A stretch of DNA of 64,000 bases, from IMG/VR virus record IMGVR_UViG_3300035698_024280; one strand, written 5' to 3'. Below, one piece after another: positions 30,201-40,407 of this stretch. Both the position numbers and the translations under genes were made by a program. The notes under the pieces were generated by a model, which did not search any database, was not told the origin of the DNA, and was given only the letters and a program-made list of their open reading frames with translations. How positions within the stretch are numbered: the first letter of the stretch is position 1; every line of letters starts with the position of its first letter. This DNA is from a virus.

Positions 30201-30672
30201 CTCTCATCAGGTCGAACAGTATATATTTAATCCTGCAAAGTATAATATTGAGTCGTTATTAACAGATGGTCTTTGTGTGGGAGGTACAAACTTCTTTAAT
30301 AATTTATTATTAGCGGATTACATAAAAATGCCAGGGTCATACTTATGTAGAGGTCTTCAAATGGAACAACCAAAATTTTACGCGACTGCAGTCGATGATA
30401 TAGATATAAAGTTTTTATACTATAACAATATAGATATGCCTAATTTAACCGTTTCACTTCCGGCGGGGGAAAATAATCAAATGGAGACAATTAAAGCGTA
30501 CTATAAGTGGCAGGGAGCGCCTAGCAAATCAAATGATATTAATATAATAATAAAGGGGGAGTTACTTGAGGATCTTCCTGATTCTAATTTAAAAGAAGCT
30601 ATAGTATTAGATATAACCAAAACCCTACCTGCATCCGTCAATATTAAAAATATCGAATTTAAATCTTATTAA
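27226..30672 (+). CDS. Large structural protein with LamG/concanavalin-like and propeller domains
   Basis: LTMSFWLRRLDW...ILGSYN.RG and HHFAIRVD..RGTITLFIDS...LCVGG are LamG-type blocks flanking beta-repeat regions. Confidence 0.55.
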   Translation: MDTVYFSTSARSLSARFVDEEFSIKSTRHIIESTNISIHKPAALQDVKAANINNYSALFLSKKIRGSDILNFNNISNIINNIVTPIYIDNCEGDVESRKYIYISESTSDFSKDTYPCLVKQDDSISDESRKYFEINLINSIFCRVSHQSKNNIFYLTVNQDDKLMFNKQVVVEGIPTTIDDTLFEYYIDNNTLTLVKLISGVEGEYRKTVSVVNDQLTLTNYNSSGGSILFNSTTKFSIDNINIIQDIHPKIDTSWVSYKDFNNKIDNSRSIFNQSTNYFLSTQYSNITGDYIELNMLPLKNALSNDNTIMRGDYMTQYNSEKIPNVDLRSYEGMQTGSFEEKGNTDISFTYTYYNQNFKFYPDTYNTFTTPKSLYPYTQININDTLFARCGSFPGDSPHTADRLYTANEGVMPGAATGEYLCTWLSGGGGGASVWLDRYYIPEAINKFNALSSSAVSHGYFSSLGETIKAENNLDEYFDIKSTLAIIPDSKYIYQRIGSTYIKQFLEHLDDEIILDRLQLKSSRGGLQPAISDDDVDSNIYNLDNSYYLTNDNELINRNSELTMSFWLRRLDWKKSINHQILGSYNNRGISVTNDEAITPFVAVQSESKQSIDIYNTNGRRLHTVRPIRTSSNREKIIDLIRTDHLDDMYAITDSFNIYKIQSNGPIYSSKKLTEITGYINYYNFGGKLYILENEEGRVVELDLHTEEVTILDPVIIPEESGEVYKIRSISMDINGNIVGFRGDKTIKFNDLYALTLIENVTLALESYDHSSRQILLKNNNTLNSFTLSRQGIVLPPTPLSGVAIKDFAVFDNNIFIIKGESLIKMRDNGTTVYNLPLFAGAPLAENESRNAIAVDIVREYINGELYEYPIVIANSTISEKKQNNYLIKILEDSVGNPLVESVSIETNVVFNSKCDGSSYRYNLTNFKYLQDQIDEKNQLHFNFKIDNTRNSTDKLIAKFNYDLEEFLPGSKHHFAIRVDTKRGTITLFIDSHQVEQYIFNPAKYNIESLLTDGLCVGGTNFFNNLLLADYIKMPGSYLCRGLQMEQPKFYATAVDDIDIKFLYYNNIDMPNLTVSLPAGENNQMETIKAYYKWQGAPSKSNDINIIIKGELLEDLPDSNLKEAIVLDITKTLPASVNIKNIEFKSY

Positions 30673-30673
30673 C

Positions 30674-32668
30674 ATGAAAATATCTGAACTCTTTAAAAAG
30701 CGATATGCATATGCTGATAGCGGTGAGCTATTATTAGATGGTAGTGCATATGAAGGATTTTTTAATATCAATAATGGTGTGTTTACTACTGGTAAGTATA
30801 GAACCGATAAATCAAAATTATTAACTAGTAATAATAAGATTGAATGTGATTACTACCAATCTAAATATTTTAAAGATCGTAAAATATCGGATAGTCTGCT
30901 ATTCCCGTATACTCGTGAAAATATATTAGTGCCTGCTAATGAGTCGATATCATATACTGCATTTAATAGTGTACTTAATAGGGTATATGAAAATACAATA
31001 TTTTTATATAGTAAGCTATTTATAGCCTCCAATAATATACCATCCGGTGAGACGTTTTGGGCAGGTGTTTCGGCAGATATTGATGTGTCGACGGCAACTG
31101 AGATATTAACAGCAACAGCTGATGGAGGGTTTGATTTGAAATGGCACGCGGGGGAATATATTGCTGATACAGTGTCTAGCAATGAAGTCGGCCTAAATGA
31201 TTTAGATTTAATCCGGAGGTTTGATAATATACAGACTAATGATGGTAATAATATAATTTTTGCATGTACTGGCACTAAATTAATAACATTATCCTCAGAT
31301 AGTGCATATAATACTATTAATGTTACATTTAGTGGGTCTAAAATTGATAGCAATAAGACGCTAGAATTTAAAAATATAGTAGATGTATGTATTGAAGGTA
31401 AGAAGATGTTTATTGCCGATTCCTCTAATAATACTATATTTAAATACGATATATCTAATTTCTTTAGTGATGGTTCAACAGATAAAAAGCTACTACTAGA
31501 AGAGAGTGTTGGTGGGGCTATAGATCGATCAAATCAAAAGAATTTATTTAGTAATATAGAACGTATAGAGTCTGCAGATGATACTATATACGTACATGAT
31601 TCAGGGGCAAATATAGTTAGGGTTTTTGATAGCTTTTTCTCGTGGATAGCTGATATTAAAATAACGGGTAAAAATGAAAAGATTTTAGCCTGCAAATATA
31701 ATAAATTTAATGATATATTATTTGTATTATCTTCTGCACCTAGAGTACCTCTACTCACCCCTCAGGGGTTGGCCTCCCCAACATTCAGAGGTGTTGGTAG
31801 TTCTATATATTATATAAATACGTTTAATAAATCTGGCTCAATACAGTATGAAAAATTTGAAATTCAGCTTGAAGATAATATTAATAAATATGAAACGAGT
31901 ATAGAATTTAGTACAGAAAACTCGAACGTCTTTTATATCCAAACGACATCTAATATTTTTAAATATTTCATATCTAACTTTTCTGAGCCTATAGGTAAAT
32001 GGCAAATAGAAAACACTGGAATATCTCTTAGAAATATATGGAATTTAATTGACGATTTATCTTATAGTCAGGTTACTGTTAATTGGGACGAAATGAAAGC
32101 ATTATCTGTATTCGGAGGAGATAATATAATTGCTCGAATTAATGACTTTACAATTAGTGAGAGTGGTAAATTCGATAGAATTTTTGCTGCGCTAAATGTA
32201 GGTACTCCGAAGATAGTAAATATTCAAGGGAGAAGAATGAATACGACAGCCCCTATAAGGTTTATTAGCGTATCAGAGAGTACCGTATTCGATACAATAT
32301 TAAAGACAACTGATATTAATATTTATACTAAGGATAAGATCGGTCCAGAAATAAATGGCTACATAGGGCCACTTTCCATTAATAGCGAGATATACAAACA
32401 AATATACAATTTATTTCAACTCAAAAGCTTATTAAAGGGTAGATTTATAGGGGAATATGACATTAATGGGGATTTGCTATATAAGCAGTACGAGTATACA
32501 TCTTTTGATAGTATTAAGTCAATTGATACAAACAATCTATATATTCATGAGAACGAACATTTATCAGTTGGAAATATTAATAGATGTCTCAATATTATAT
32601 TTGATCTGCAGGAAGATATATTAAATATAATTAATACAAAAGTAAAAAATCTGTATCCTATTAAATAA
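30674..32668 (+). CDS. Structural protein with NHL-like beta-propeller
   Basis: KMFIADSSNNTIFKY, TIYVHDSGANIVRVFD repeats. Confidence 0.5.
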   Translation: MKISELFKKRYAYADSGELLLDGSAYEGFFNINNGVFTTGKYRTDKSKLLTSNNKIECDYYQSKYFKDRKISDSLLFPYTRENILVPANESISYTAFNSVLNRVYENTIFLYSKLFIASNNIPSGETFWAGVSADIDVSTATEILTATADGGFDLKWHAGEYIADTVSSNEVGLNDLDLIRRFDNIQTNDGNNIIFACTGTKLITLSSDSAYNTINVTFSGSKIDSNKTLEFKNIVDVCIEGKKMFIADSSNNTIFKYDISNFFSDGSTDKKLLLEESVGGAIDRSNQKNLFSNIERIESADDTIYVHDSGANIVRVFDSFFSWIADIKITGKNEKILACKYNKFNDILFVLSSAPRVPLLTPQGLASPTFRGVGSSIYYINTFNKSGSIQYEKFEIQLEDNINKYETSIEFSTENSNVFYIQTTSNIFKYFISNFSEPIGKWQIENTGISLRNIWNLIDDLSYSQVTVNWDEMKALSVFGGDNIIARINDFTISESGKFDRIFAALNVGTPKIVNIQGRRMNTTAPIRFISVSESTVFDTILKTTDINIYTKDKIGPEINGYIGPLSINSEIYKQIYNLFQLKSLLKGRFIGEYDINGDLLYKQYEYTSFDSIKSIDTNNLYIHENEHLSVGNINRCLNIIFDLQEDILNIINTKVKNLYPIK

Positions 32669-32673
32669 TAACA

Positions 32674-33636
32674 ATGGCCTTTAGCTTTAAAAATACTTCC
32701 CCTGCAGATACATACAAAAGTATATTACACGCTTCAGGAAATGAATTACCTATATCCGGTGTTGTACCTATATATGACGGGGATGGTAGTAAGTCTGCAG
32801 TATTAATAGGTAGAGAGGGTCAGGGTATATATTGTCAGGGTCTCTCTGCTTCCGACCTAACAGTCTCAGATCTGTTATACCCTCCAGGGTATGGTGAACG
32901 ATTTGGTGTCGTATTTCAAACTACTAACGGTTCTAATGGAACGGCCCAGCTAGGTTTAAGCTCAATATCGCAAATACTAAAGATTTCAGGTGTAGGGGTA
33001 ACTTTTAATTCTTATGTATCATTATCTTCTAATAGAATACCTTTTCTACGGGCAGAGAACGGGATAGTTACAGAAATAGCCAGTAAAGAAATAACTACTA
33101 TTACAGAGAGTGCAGGAGGTACATCCAGATTAGGTGCTCCAGATGAGGGATCCCCTCAATATGTAGTTGATATAGATACAAAAGGAGGGCTAATTACAAA
33201 AGTGTACTATGGTAATTTATTGACTTCTTCTGCTATAGTTAGATCTCAGGTTCGAACATTTTTCTTCGATCTTAGATTAGATCCTGATGTACCATTTTCA
33301 AAATCTACAAAAGCAGGAAGATATTACGAGAGCTCGGCAGTAGATGCATATGTAAATAGTGTATGGAATCTCGAACATTCAACTGCTCCGATTACAGGGG
33401 ATTGCGCTATAATTATAGCTACAAGAACAGGTAATACTACTAAAGCAGTAGCGGCTGAAAATGGTGTAGTTTCTATAACAGTAACAGAAACGGGGATGAA
33501 GGCATGGGGGTATAGGTGGACCGGTAGTGAGTGGGAGCTTTTAGGTACTAGAGAAATAGAACCTGGAGATGATCCTACGTCATGGCTGGTTGACTCTGCG
33601 CCGGTTGTTGGGGAAACTAACTGGCCAACCTCGTAA
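32674..33636 (+). CDS. Putative tail fibre-associated protein
   Basis: Late promoter 6 nt upstream; beta-rich; precedes the fibre genes. Confidence 0.45.
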   Translation: MAFSFKNTSPADTYKSILHASGNELPISGVVPIYDGDGSKSAVLIGREGQGIYCQGLSASDLTVSDLLYPPGYGERFGVVFQTTNGSNGTAQLGLSSISQILKISGVGVTFNSYVSLSSNRIPFLRAENGIVTEIASKEITTITESAGGTSRLGAPDEGSPQYVVDIDTKGGLITKVYYGNLLTSSAIVRSQVRTFFFDLRLDPDVPFSKSTKAGRYYESSAVDAYVNSVWNLEHSTAPITGDCAIIIATRTGNTTKAVAAENGVVSITVTETGMKAWGYRWTGSEWELLGTREIEPGDDPTSWLVDSAPVVGETNWPTS

Positions 33637-33654
33637 TTATTATTAAATAAAAGT

Positions 33655-34134
33655 ATGTTCGCAATTTTCAACTCAACTAAGCAGTTTCTATACGTAGCTG
33701 ATGCACCTCCGGTAGATGATAAATATATATATAAGGAGCTAGACGATTTCATATTTGGTAGAGATAGGTGGGTCGGAGATTTCGATAATGGTTACATTAT
33801 CAGACTAAATGCACCAGTTCCAGAAAGTTTAGGAACGGTGAAAACCGTTACGAAGACGATGGTAGCAAATCATACATCTAAAAACATTTTGAAACATTAT
33901 GATATTCATGATCAATTAAATATTATATGTAATTGTATTGAAGGGGGAGGAACAACATTAACTCCAGAGTTTATTAAGATGAGGGAGTTTTTAACCGCTC
34001 AAATAGATCAATATAATAATACTATAAATATTTCAATGTCAGCTGATGATATACATTTTATTGATGACACAAATATGAGTAATGTAATTACAGGTGTATA
34101 TGAAGAATTTAGTGAGTTTAAAGAAAAGGTATAA
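33655..34134 (+). CDS. Putative tail fibre assembly chaperone
   Basis: I...Y.IHDQLNII...M.EF...I..YN pattern resembles fibre chaperones; adjacent to the fibre genes. Confidence 0.4.
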   Translation: MFAIFNSTKQFLYVADAPPVDDKYIYKELDDFIFGRDRWVGDFDNGYIIRLNAPVPESLGTVKTVTKTMVANHTSKNILKHYDIHDQLNIICNCIEGGGTTLTPEFIKMREFLTAQIDQYNNTINISMSADDIHFIDDTNMSNVITGVYEEFSEFKEKV

Positions 34135-35636
34135 TGTCTAATATAATAATAGCAAAAATTAAGGCTCGGAGAGGTTTAGATTCTGAGAGGGTGGGGACCG
34201 TCCTAGAGCAAGGCGAATTTGGATATACTATTGATACTAAGAGAGCCTTTATAGGGGATGGTATATTATCTGGAGGCGAGACTGTAGGTATACATGTCCA
34301 TAATATTCTTCCAGTATCAGGATCTCGTGTCGGGTTAGTAAATGCATATAAAAATGATATAGTTTATGAAAGTAACCTAATGTATCAGCTAACTGGAGAT
34401 AGCCCGGCTAATTTAGATAGTTGGGTATTTGTGGGGACGAGAGCCGATGATAGTACTTTAGAATATAATACTGCTGGGAAACTTATAATTAAACAGGCCG
34501 GAGTCACAAATTTACAAATTGCAATGCAAACTATAACTCCGAGCAATTTAAGTGCTGGTATAGTTTACAGTTCAGGTGGGTTATCTTTAAATCCAAATTT
34601 AGGTTTATCTGCTAATGTAGATAATAATACAATATATATAGACCCAGTAAGTAAATATTTAAGTATAAAGCCTGGCGGCGTCTCAAATTCAGAGCTATCG
34701 GCGGGGGCTGTAGATCAAGGCAATATTTCGATTAATGCAATTGGTGATGGTCTATCTGGCGCGGGGCCAGATAAAATATTTGTACATACAGATAACGAGA
34801 CTATTATAATCGAGGATGGTAAAGTCGCAGTTGGTACTATTTCTGCAGATAATATACAATTAGGTGTAGGTATGGAGAATAATCTAGGTAAACTGGAGCA
34901 TTTTGTACAGACAATAGATCCAGATGATTTAATTACTGCCGCAGGTAAATTAGAGCTAGCTCAGAAGTTTGATTTTAACTCACAGACATTTCATATGCCT
35001 AATGTTACTCTAAATAGTAAGGGCACTATAATAGGAGCTAATAATGGGACAATAATGCCACTCTCGTCGAATTACGCTGGATATGGCGGCTTTCCAACAC
35101 AAAGAGAGGGATCCGAAACTAATACTACAGTAGCAGTCGTTACTGGTGTGAGTGCCTCCAATGTACAAATATTATCTTCTGCCGGTTTTATGATTCTGAA
35201 TGTAGGTACACCTACTATTACTGATGGAGATGTTAGGAATTATGATAATGCTCAATATCTAGCTATACAAGCATTTACTATACCACAAACTCTAATAGAT
35301 ATTATAGATAATAAGTTTACCTTCGTAGAAACATACCCATATGAGTGGGTCGGTTATAGAGCGCACGACCCAACCCTTAATGATTACACTGCTAACGGTA
35401 ATACGCTAAGCTCTGCAGCATGCTCAGGGAGCGATGATTATACTGGATTTGCAGAGGCGGTTATTATATATAGCGACACACCTAGTTTAAGTGTAGGTAC
35501 TAATTTTGCTGCAACTCCTACTTCTTTAACATCATCTGAGTACAATTCTTTATCTGGTTGGATAAATATTGAAGGTGAGCGACTGTATCTAGTAGATGGA
35601 AGTAACATAGTACAATCAGTCAGCACATGCCCATAA
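34134..35636 (+). CDS. Tail fibre protein with Mtd N-terminal-like domain and shaft repeats
   Basis: KIKARRG...LEQGEFGYTIDTKRAFIGDG; repeated (V/T)DN.TI.I shaft motifs. Confidence 0.7.
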   Translation: MSNIIIAKIKARRGLDSERVGTVLEQGEFGYTIDTKRAFIGDGILSGGETVGIHVHNILPVSGSRVGLVNAYKNDIVYESNLMYQLTGDSPANLDSWVFVGTRADDSTLEYNTAGKLIIKQAGVTNLQIAMQTITPSNLSAGIVYSSGGLSLNPNLGLSANVDNNTIYIDPVSKYLSIKPGGVSNSELSAGAVDQGNISINAIGDGLSGAGPDKIFVHTDNETIIIEDGKVAVGTISADNIQLGVGMENNLGKLEHFVQTIDPDDLITAAGKLELAQKFDFNSQTFHMPNVTLNSKGTIIGANNGTIMPLSSNYAGYGGFPTQREGSETNTTVAVVTGVSASNVQILSSAGFMILNVGTPTITDGDVRNYDNAQYLAIQAFTIPQTLIDIIDNKFTFVETYPYEWVGYRAHDPTLNDYTANGNTLSSAACSGSDDYTGFAEAVIIYSDTPSLSVGTNFAATPTSLTSSEYNSLSGWINIEGERLYLVDGSNIVQSVSTCP

Positions 35637-35639
35637 TAT

Positions 35640-37544
35640 ATGTCAGTAGAAATAACTAATAATACAATTATAAAGCTGCTCACGAGGAGAGGCAGCAATG
35701 CGGAGAGAGTTGGCGTTTTACTTGCAGAAGGTGAGGTCGGGTTTACTGTAGATACAAAAAGATTATATGTAGGAGATGGGGTCACGAAGGGTGGAGTACC
35801 TACCAGTAATATATTTCTAGGGTCTACTGCAACAATAACCGATTTTGGGGGTCGATCGCATATAGGTGATATCGTCTTTAAATCTGATACAAATGAGCTA
35901 TTTAGACTTAAGAGTAATGACGGTAGTACTATAACAGATTGGGAGATGGTTGCTTCTCATAAGTTTGCAGTTACAGATAATGCTACTTTAAGTGCAGATG
36001 TTGATGGGGTACTACATGTAAACATAATTGAAGGTAGCAATATATCGAATGACTCATTCGGTAGTGGTATAGTATTAGCTAGTGGAATAATTTCATTATC
36101 TGCCGCCATTCCGATAGATATAATTAAGTTAAAAGATAATTCTAGCTTAGAGATACCTAATGCTATAGTCTTTAATGATGGTACATCTACAGAGAGCTAT
36201 AAGTTTCCAGTAGGTCAACCAAAATATAACGGTTATAATTTAATAACAGACCTGTTAGGGAACTTAACCTGGCAAAAGCCTATTTCCGCTCAGGCAGGTA
36301 CAGTATATATTAATAGTGTTTCTGTACCAGTAGGCACAGTTACGCCTTATGTATCACAAGCTCTGGTCGAGCCGGATGGTTGGCTGTTTTGTGATGGTAG
36401 ATCCGTAGTCGGTGCAACATACCCTGCTTTATCAGCCGCTATTGGTAGTATGTTCGGTGGGGATGATATAAATTTTAATTTACCGAATATTATGCCAGGT
36501 AAGGTTCCTTTTGGCGCATATACAACGGAAAATTTAGGGACGGAATACCCAATACTGACTGGTGTTGATGCTAGTACTGAATTAACAGGTACTTCAGCCA
36601 CATCTTTATCCGCACTATCCGCGAATACTACAGAGACCTATACAAATTCCCTATCCGGATTCAGTACATACTACTTAATTAAGCATCAAGCTGAAATATT
36701 ATTTGAGGATATATTTTTAGAAACTACTAATCAGGTACTTACTGCAGAGGGGCTGTCTGCATACGATATTAATGCAAGCTCATCAACAGACACGACCGGC
36801 CCATCTGGTCAGTTTGCATTGGGTATACCTGCTGGGGATATAGGTACTGGTAATTCCAGGGTAGTTGAGGCTATACAGAGAGCAAGAGTACCTACAATGT
36901 CTGAGTATAAGGTACCAGGTATATATGAATATATAATACCTAATCACACATACAAACTCAAGGTTACAGCGACCGGTGGGGGTGGTCATGGGTATGTTAG
37001 ATACGCGGCTGATTTTTATAGAGCAGATGGTACTCAGGGCGGAGCAGGTAGCACTGTTATAGCTTATATTGATGTAATACCTGGAGAGTCGTACAGATTA
37101 AGTATTGGTGAGGGTGGTGTTGCAAATAGAACATCTAAGCTGCAAAATACTTTAAGTGGTGTAGGTTTAGGTACAACTTCTGTTTTCGGTCTTAGTACAA
37201 ATGCTGCTACAATATATAACGATATTTCTGCTAATGGTGCGCGAGAGACTAATACATCGAGGATGGTTGATCATGCAGGTGGAGGCTATGCATATGAGGG
37301 ATTCGGTGGTGGTGTAGGGTCAGTGCCTAATCAATCAGGTCGTATTGAGTCATCTATTATAATTAATGGTGGTAATGGTGGAAACTTTACAGATGGTCGG
37401 ACTCCGGAGGGTGTTGGTGGATCTGGATTTTGGGGTACAGGGCCTGCACCTGGCGGTGGGGGTGCTGGTTGGTCTACAAAGAGCAGATCCGGAGAGACTA
37501 TAGCTGAAGCAGGAAATGGTATTATTATAGTTGAAACATTATAA
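35640..37544 (+). CDS. Tail fibre with Mtd N-like domain, phage tail collar domain and Gly-rich C-terminus (gp12-like)
   Basis: LLAEGEVGFTVDTKRLYVGDG; PVGTV.PY...PDGWLFCDG...YPAL..AIG...FNLP; Gly-rich GGGG...GGAG...GNGIIIVE. Confidence 0.8.
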   Translation: MSVEITNNTIIKLLTRRGSNAERVGVLLAEGEVGFTVDTKRLYVGDGVTKGGVPTSNIFLGSTATITDFGGRSHIGDIVFKSDTNELFRLKSNDGSTITDWEMVASHKFAVTDNATLSADVDGVLHVNIIEGSNISNDSFGSGIVLASGIISLSAAIPIDIIKLKDNSSLEIPNAIVFNDGTSTESYKFPVGQPKYNGYNLITDLLGNLTWQKPISAQAGTVYINSVSVPVGTVTPYVSQALVEPDGWLFCDGRSVVGATYPALSAAIGSMFGGDDINFNLPNIMPGKVPFGAYTTENLGTEYPILTGVDASTELTGTSATSLSALSANTTETYTNSLSGFSTYYLIKHQAEILFEDIFLETTNQVLTAEGLSAYDINASSSTDTTGPSGQFALGIPAGDIGTGNSRVVEAIQRARVPTMSEYKVPGIYEYIIPNHTYKLKVTATGGGGHGYVRYAADFYRADGTQGGAGSTVIAYIDVIPGESYRLSIGEGGVANRTSKLQNTLSGVGLGTTSVFGLSTNAATIYNDISANGARETNTSRMVDHAGGGYAYEGFGGGVGSVPNQSGRIESSIIINGGNGGNFTDGRTPEGVGGSGFWGTGPAPGGGGAGWSTKSRSGETIAEAGNGIIIVETL

Positions 37545-37564
37545 CATAGGTATTAAATACCATT

Positions 37565-37816
37565 ATGGATAATATATCAGATCTAAAACAACCAAACTCG
37601 TCAAATATTAAGGAAACTACTGAGTTGGCAGGGGCAGACAAATTACCTAACCCTAGTGATGATGATATATTTGCCTTTACTGTTCAGGATCTGCAGCTTA
37701 TAACAAGTCTGATTAGCGTTGCTGCAAAAGAAGGTATTATAACTGCAGGGGATATGAGTGTTTGTGGAGATCTTTATAATAAAGTTATTCGTATTATAGA
37801 AGAAGTTGCCGGTTAA
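37565..37816 (+). CDS. Hypothetical late protein
   Basis: 83 aa; TAAATA 5 nt upstream. Confidence 0.55.
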   Translation: MDNISDLKQPNSSNIKETTELAGADKLPNPSDDDIFAFTVQDLQLITSLISVAAKEGIITAGDMSVCGDLYNKVIRIIEEVAG

Positions 37817-37842
37817 GACTAGATGTTTGAGTAAATATACTC

Positions 37843-38922
37843 ATGGCGACGTATTTTATCCCTAATAATAGCATTGTAAATAATATATCCCATAATAAGG
37901 GGTATAATGCTAATTTTGATATAGTGTGGTCGTTTGACTATGCATTAAGTGGTATTCCTGATAAATCGCAGGGGTCCTTTACAACCTTCTTATATGATGC
38001 TGACGTAGAGAGCTTAGTTGGAGGGGGCCCTGGTAAAGCAGGTGGGTATCTCCCGTTAGAATCTCATTCAATTGGGGCAGATATACCCGGAGTTTCAGGA
38101 GCTAAATTAGGAATTAATTTTGATACTGCGGGTATGTTTGCCATAAGCGGTAATGGTGTAGATGGTAATTTTAATGCAAAAAATAAATCTTTAACTATAC
38201 GAGGCGGCGCTACCGGGTTTCAATTATTAACGAGTATTGAATTGTCAGCGATTGATAGTTCATTTATATTTGAAGAGGCAGAAATTAATTATAATCGGTT
38301 AAGATTCAGATTAACTGATGTTGGTAATACCTTAAAAATACATTATAAGACCGAAGGTGGGCGATATGTAGAACTACTAACATATCAGGTCTCATTATCT
38401 GTTAATGATACTACAGCATTTAAAGTGGGTGTAGGTTATTCTGCTCCTGTTAGTGGAGCTGCTACACCTTATAAATTTTCCATTAGAAATTATCATGTCG
38501 AGGGCGTACATAACAACCCCGTAGCAGCAGAAAGAAGTCTAATACCAATAGCTTTTCCAGCTTATCAATATCAACAATCTACAAATGTCGTTGCCCCATC
38601 AGCGGTTCCGATTGTCCGATTAGAAAAAATAACGCTGTATGATTGTCCCGATGATCCGGAGATATTACTTAGTGATCCTGATAAATGCTCAGTTACATTT
38701 ATAACATTATCAGCCGGCAATGAAATACCGATAGCTGTAAGACCTCCGATCATTACTGGGGTGTATGTAAACTTACTACCGTCAACTCCTGACCCAACTA
38801 CTACGACTACTACGACTACGACGACTACGACGACAACTACAGAGACGCCGTATCCGTATTATAGTGCCCCTGGTGCCTTTGCACAGGCACCGACAGACTA
38901 TCATACTGAAATATTTCCATAA
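37843..38922 (+). CDS. Legume-lectin-like protein with C-terminal Pro/Thr-rich (Thr15) tail
   Basis: FDIVWSFDY...GSFTTFLYD...GGGPG..GGY...LGINFDT.G resembles the L-type lectin fold; PSTPDP-T15-ETP tail. Confidence 0.6.
   Translation: MATYFIPNNSIVNNISHNKGYNANFDIVWSFDYALSGIPDKSQGSFTTFLYDADVESLVGGGPGKAGGYLPLESHSIGADIPGVSGAKLGINFDTAGMFAISGNGVDGNFNAKNKSLTIRGGATGFQLLTSIELSAIDSSFIFEEAEINYNRLRFRLTDVGNTLKIHYKTEGGRYVELLTYQVSLSVNDTTAFKVGVGYSAPVSGAATPYKFSIRNYHVEGVHNNPVAAERSLIPIAFPAYQYQQSTNVVAPSAVPIVRLEKITLYDCPDDPEILLSDPDKCSVTFITLSAGNEIPIAVRPPIITGVYVNLLPSTPDPTTTTTTTTTTTTTTTETPYPYYSAPGAFAQAPTDYHTEIFP
38797..38841 (+). repeat. (ACT/ACG/ACA)15 tract encoding Thr15
   Basis: actactacgactactacgactacgacgactacgacgacaactaca. 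Confidence 0.95.
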
Positions 38923-40406
38923 TGTTCAACTATACCTTTTTAATTCCCGTATTTAATTTAAAGGGATTTCGATATGATAATTTTTTATTTACTACAAATA
39001 AAATAAGAGGAGCGACAGATAATATATTAATTATAGAGCAGGTATCCGATATAAAGGCTGCAAGCAAAATTAAAGATTATGCGGAAAAATATAATATTAA
39101 ATATCACTCAGTTCATGATGCTGGTAATAGAATAAATAAATCCAAATTAATAAACATAGGCACTAAGTTAATAGATACTGAGTATATATGGGTAAATGAT
39201 GCTGATTGTCTATTGAAGTTCAATAAATTAATAAAGGATTTAGAGAGTAGTCGGGTAAATCATGATTTTATTCAGCCTTATGAAAATGTAGAGTTTATAG
39301 ATAGTGTAAAATCAAAACAACTACGTAAAGATAACCCCGTAGAGTGCTCTTATAAAAATCAACCATATGCTCATATGGGGTGTATGTACGGAGCTCTTTC
39401 CTTTATATTTAAAAAGTCAGCTTTTATTGATCTGGGTATGTTCAATGAGAATTTTTTAGGGTGGGGGCATGAGGATACTGAGTTCTGCTATAGATTAATT
39501 ACTAATAATAAAGATATCCACATATTATTTGAAAGTTATGGTGTACATCTATACCACCCTATATACTCCAATAAAAATCGAGGTGACCTAGTATTAAACT
39601 CCAATATATTTCTGGCGCTATATAGCGCCAGTTCAATTGAAAAAATTACAGCGGTTATATCTAATTATTACATCGAGATGTTTAAATGTAAGCCCTTAGG
39701 TATAGGTATTATAACATTATTTAGAGGTAATATTCAACTGCTGAGAAACATATTTAAATTTTATAATACTAATTTAAATACTATACATAATATAAATCTA
39801 ACATGGATCGTTAACAGTAGTAATATATTATTTAGAGGTCTTACGCGATTGGCTAAGTATAAATTGCAAAAAAAATATAACATCGATATTCTTATTATAT
39901 ATAATAAGGCAATAAGTAAGCGCTCTAAGGATAATTATTTTACTGACGTTCATTCTGATATCGGTAAAATATATACAGAGGTTCTTGCAGATCAAAATAG
40001 TAGATCTGTTATAATATTAGAAGACGATGTAACACCCCCTGATGATGGTATAAACCTATTAATTAATTCATTTTTTGATAATACTGACGCCAGTGCAATT
40101 GCAGCAGTTTATATAGACCGTAATGCGCTACAATATGCTAATGAAGGGGAAAAAGTATGCGGTAAGTTTGAAGATGATGTACATAACAATTTAGCATATA
40201 ATTTAATATCTAATAGTGGAATATATAGAGCAGATAGAATACCAGGAGGCTTTACTATATACAATACGTCTCATGTAAAGGCTAACCTTCCAGTATATTA
40301 TGATGCGGAAACGAGAGTTGGGTGGGATTGGCTACTCAGCTCTAGGTTATTAAAATCTGGTAACCTATATTTAGATACAGATATATCATGCATTCACCAT
40401 ATATAG
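38922..40406 (+). CDS. Two-domain GT-A glycosyltransferase (GT2/GT7C-like)
   Basis: FLIPV, KSKLIN.G, WVNDADC (DxD), GMFNENFLGWGHEDTEF..RL, VHLYH; second domain IILEDDV...GGFT...D.W...CIHH. Confidence 0.85.
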   Translation: MFNYTFLIPVFNLKGFRYDNFLFTTNKIRGATDNILIIEQVSDIKAASKIKDYAEKYNIKYHSVHDAGNRINKSKLINIGTKLIDTEYIWVNDADCLLKFNKLIKDLESSRVNHDFIQPYENVEFIDSVKSKQLRKDNPVECSYKNQPYAHMGCMYGALSFIFKKSAFIDLGMFNENFLGWGHEDTEFCYRLITNNKDIHILFESYGVHLYHPIYSNKNRGDLVLNSNIFLALYSASSIEKITAVISNYYIEMFKCKPLGIGIITLFRGNIQLLRNIFKFYNTNLNTIHNINLTWIVNSSNILFRGLTRLAKYKLQKKYNIDILIIYNKAISKRSKDNYFTDVHSDIGKIYTEVLADQNSRSVIILEDDVTPPDDGINLLINSFFDNTDASAIAAVYIDRNALQYANEGEKVCGKFEDDVHNNLAYNLISNSGIYRADRIPGGFTIYNTSHVKANLPVYYDAETRVGWDWLLSSRLLKSGNLYLDTDISCIHHI

Positions 40407-40407
40407 T

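Noticed and set aside
34134-37544. Diversity-generating retroelement implied by Mtd-like domains
   Set aside because: Only the N-terminal anchor resembles Mtd. I saw no reverse transcriptase, template/variable repeat pair or C-type lectin tip in the window.
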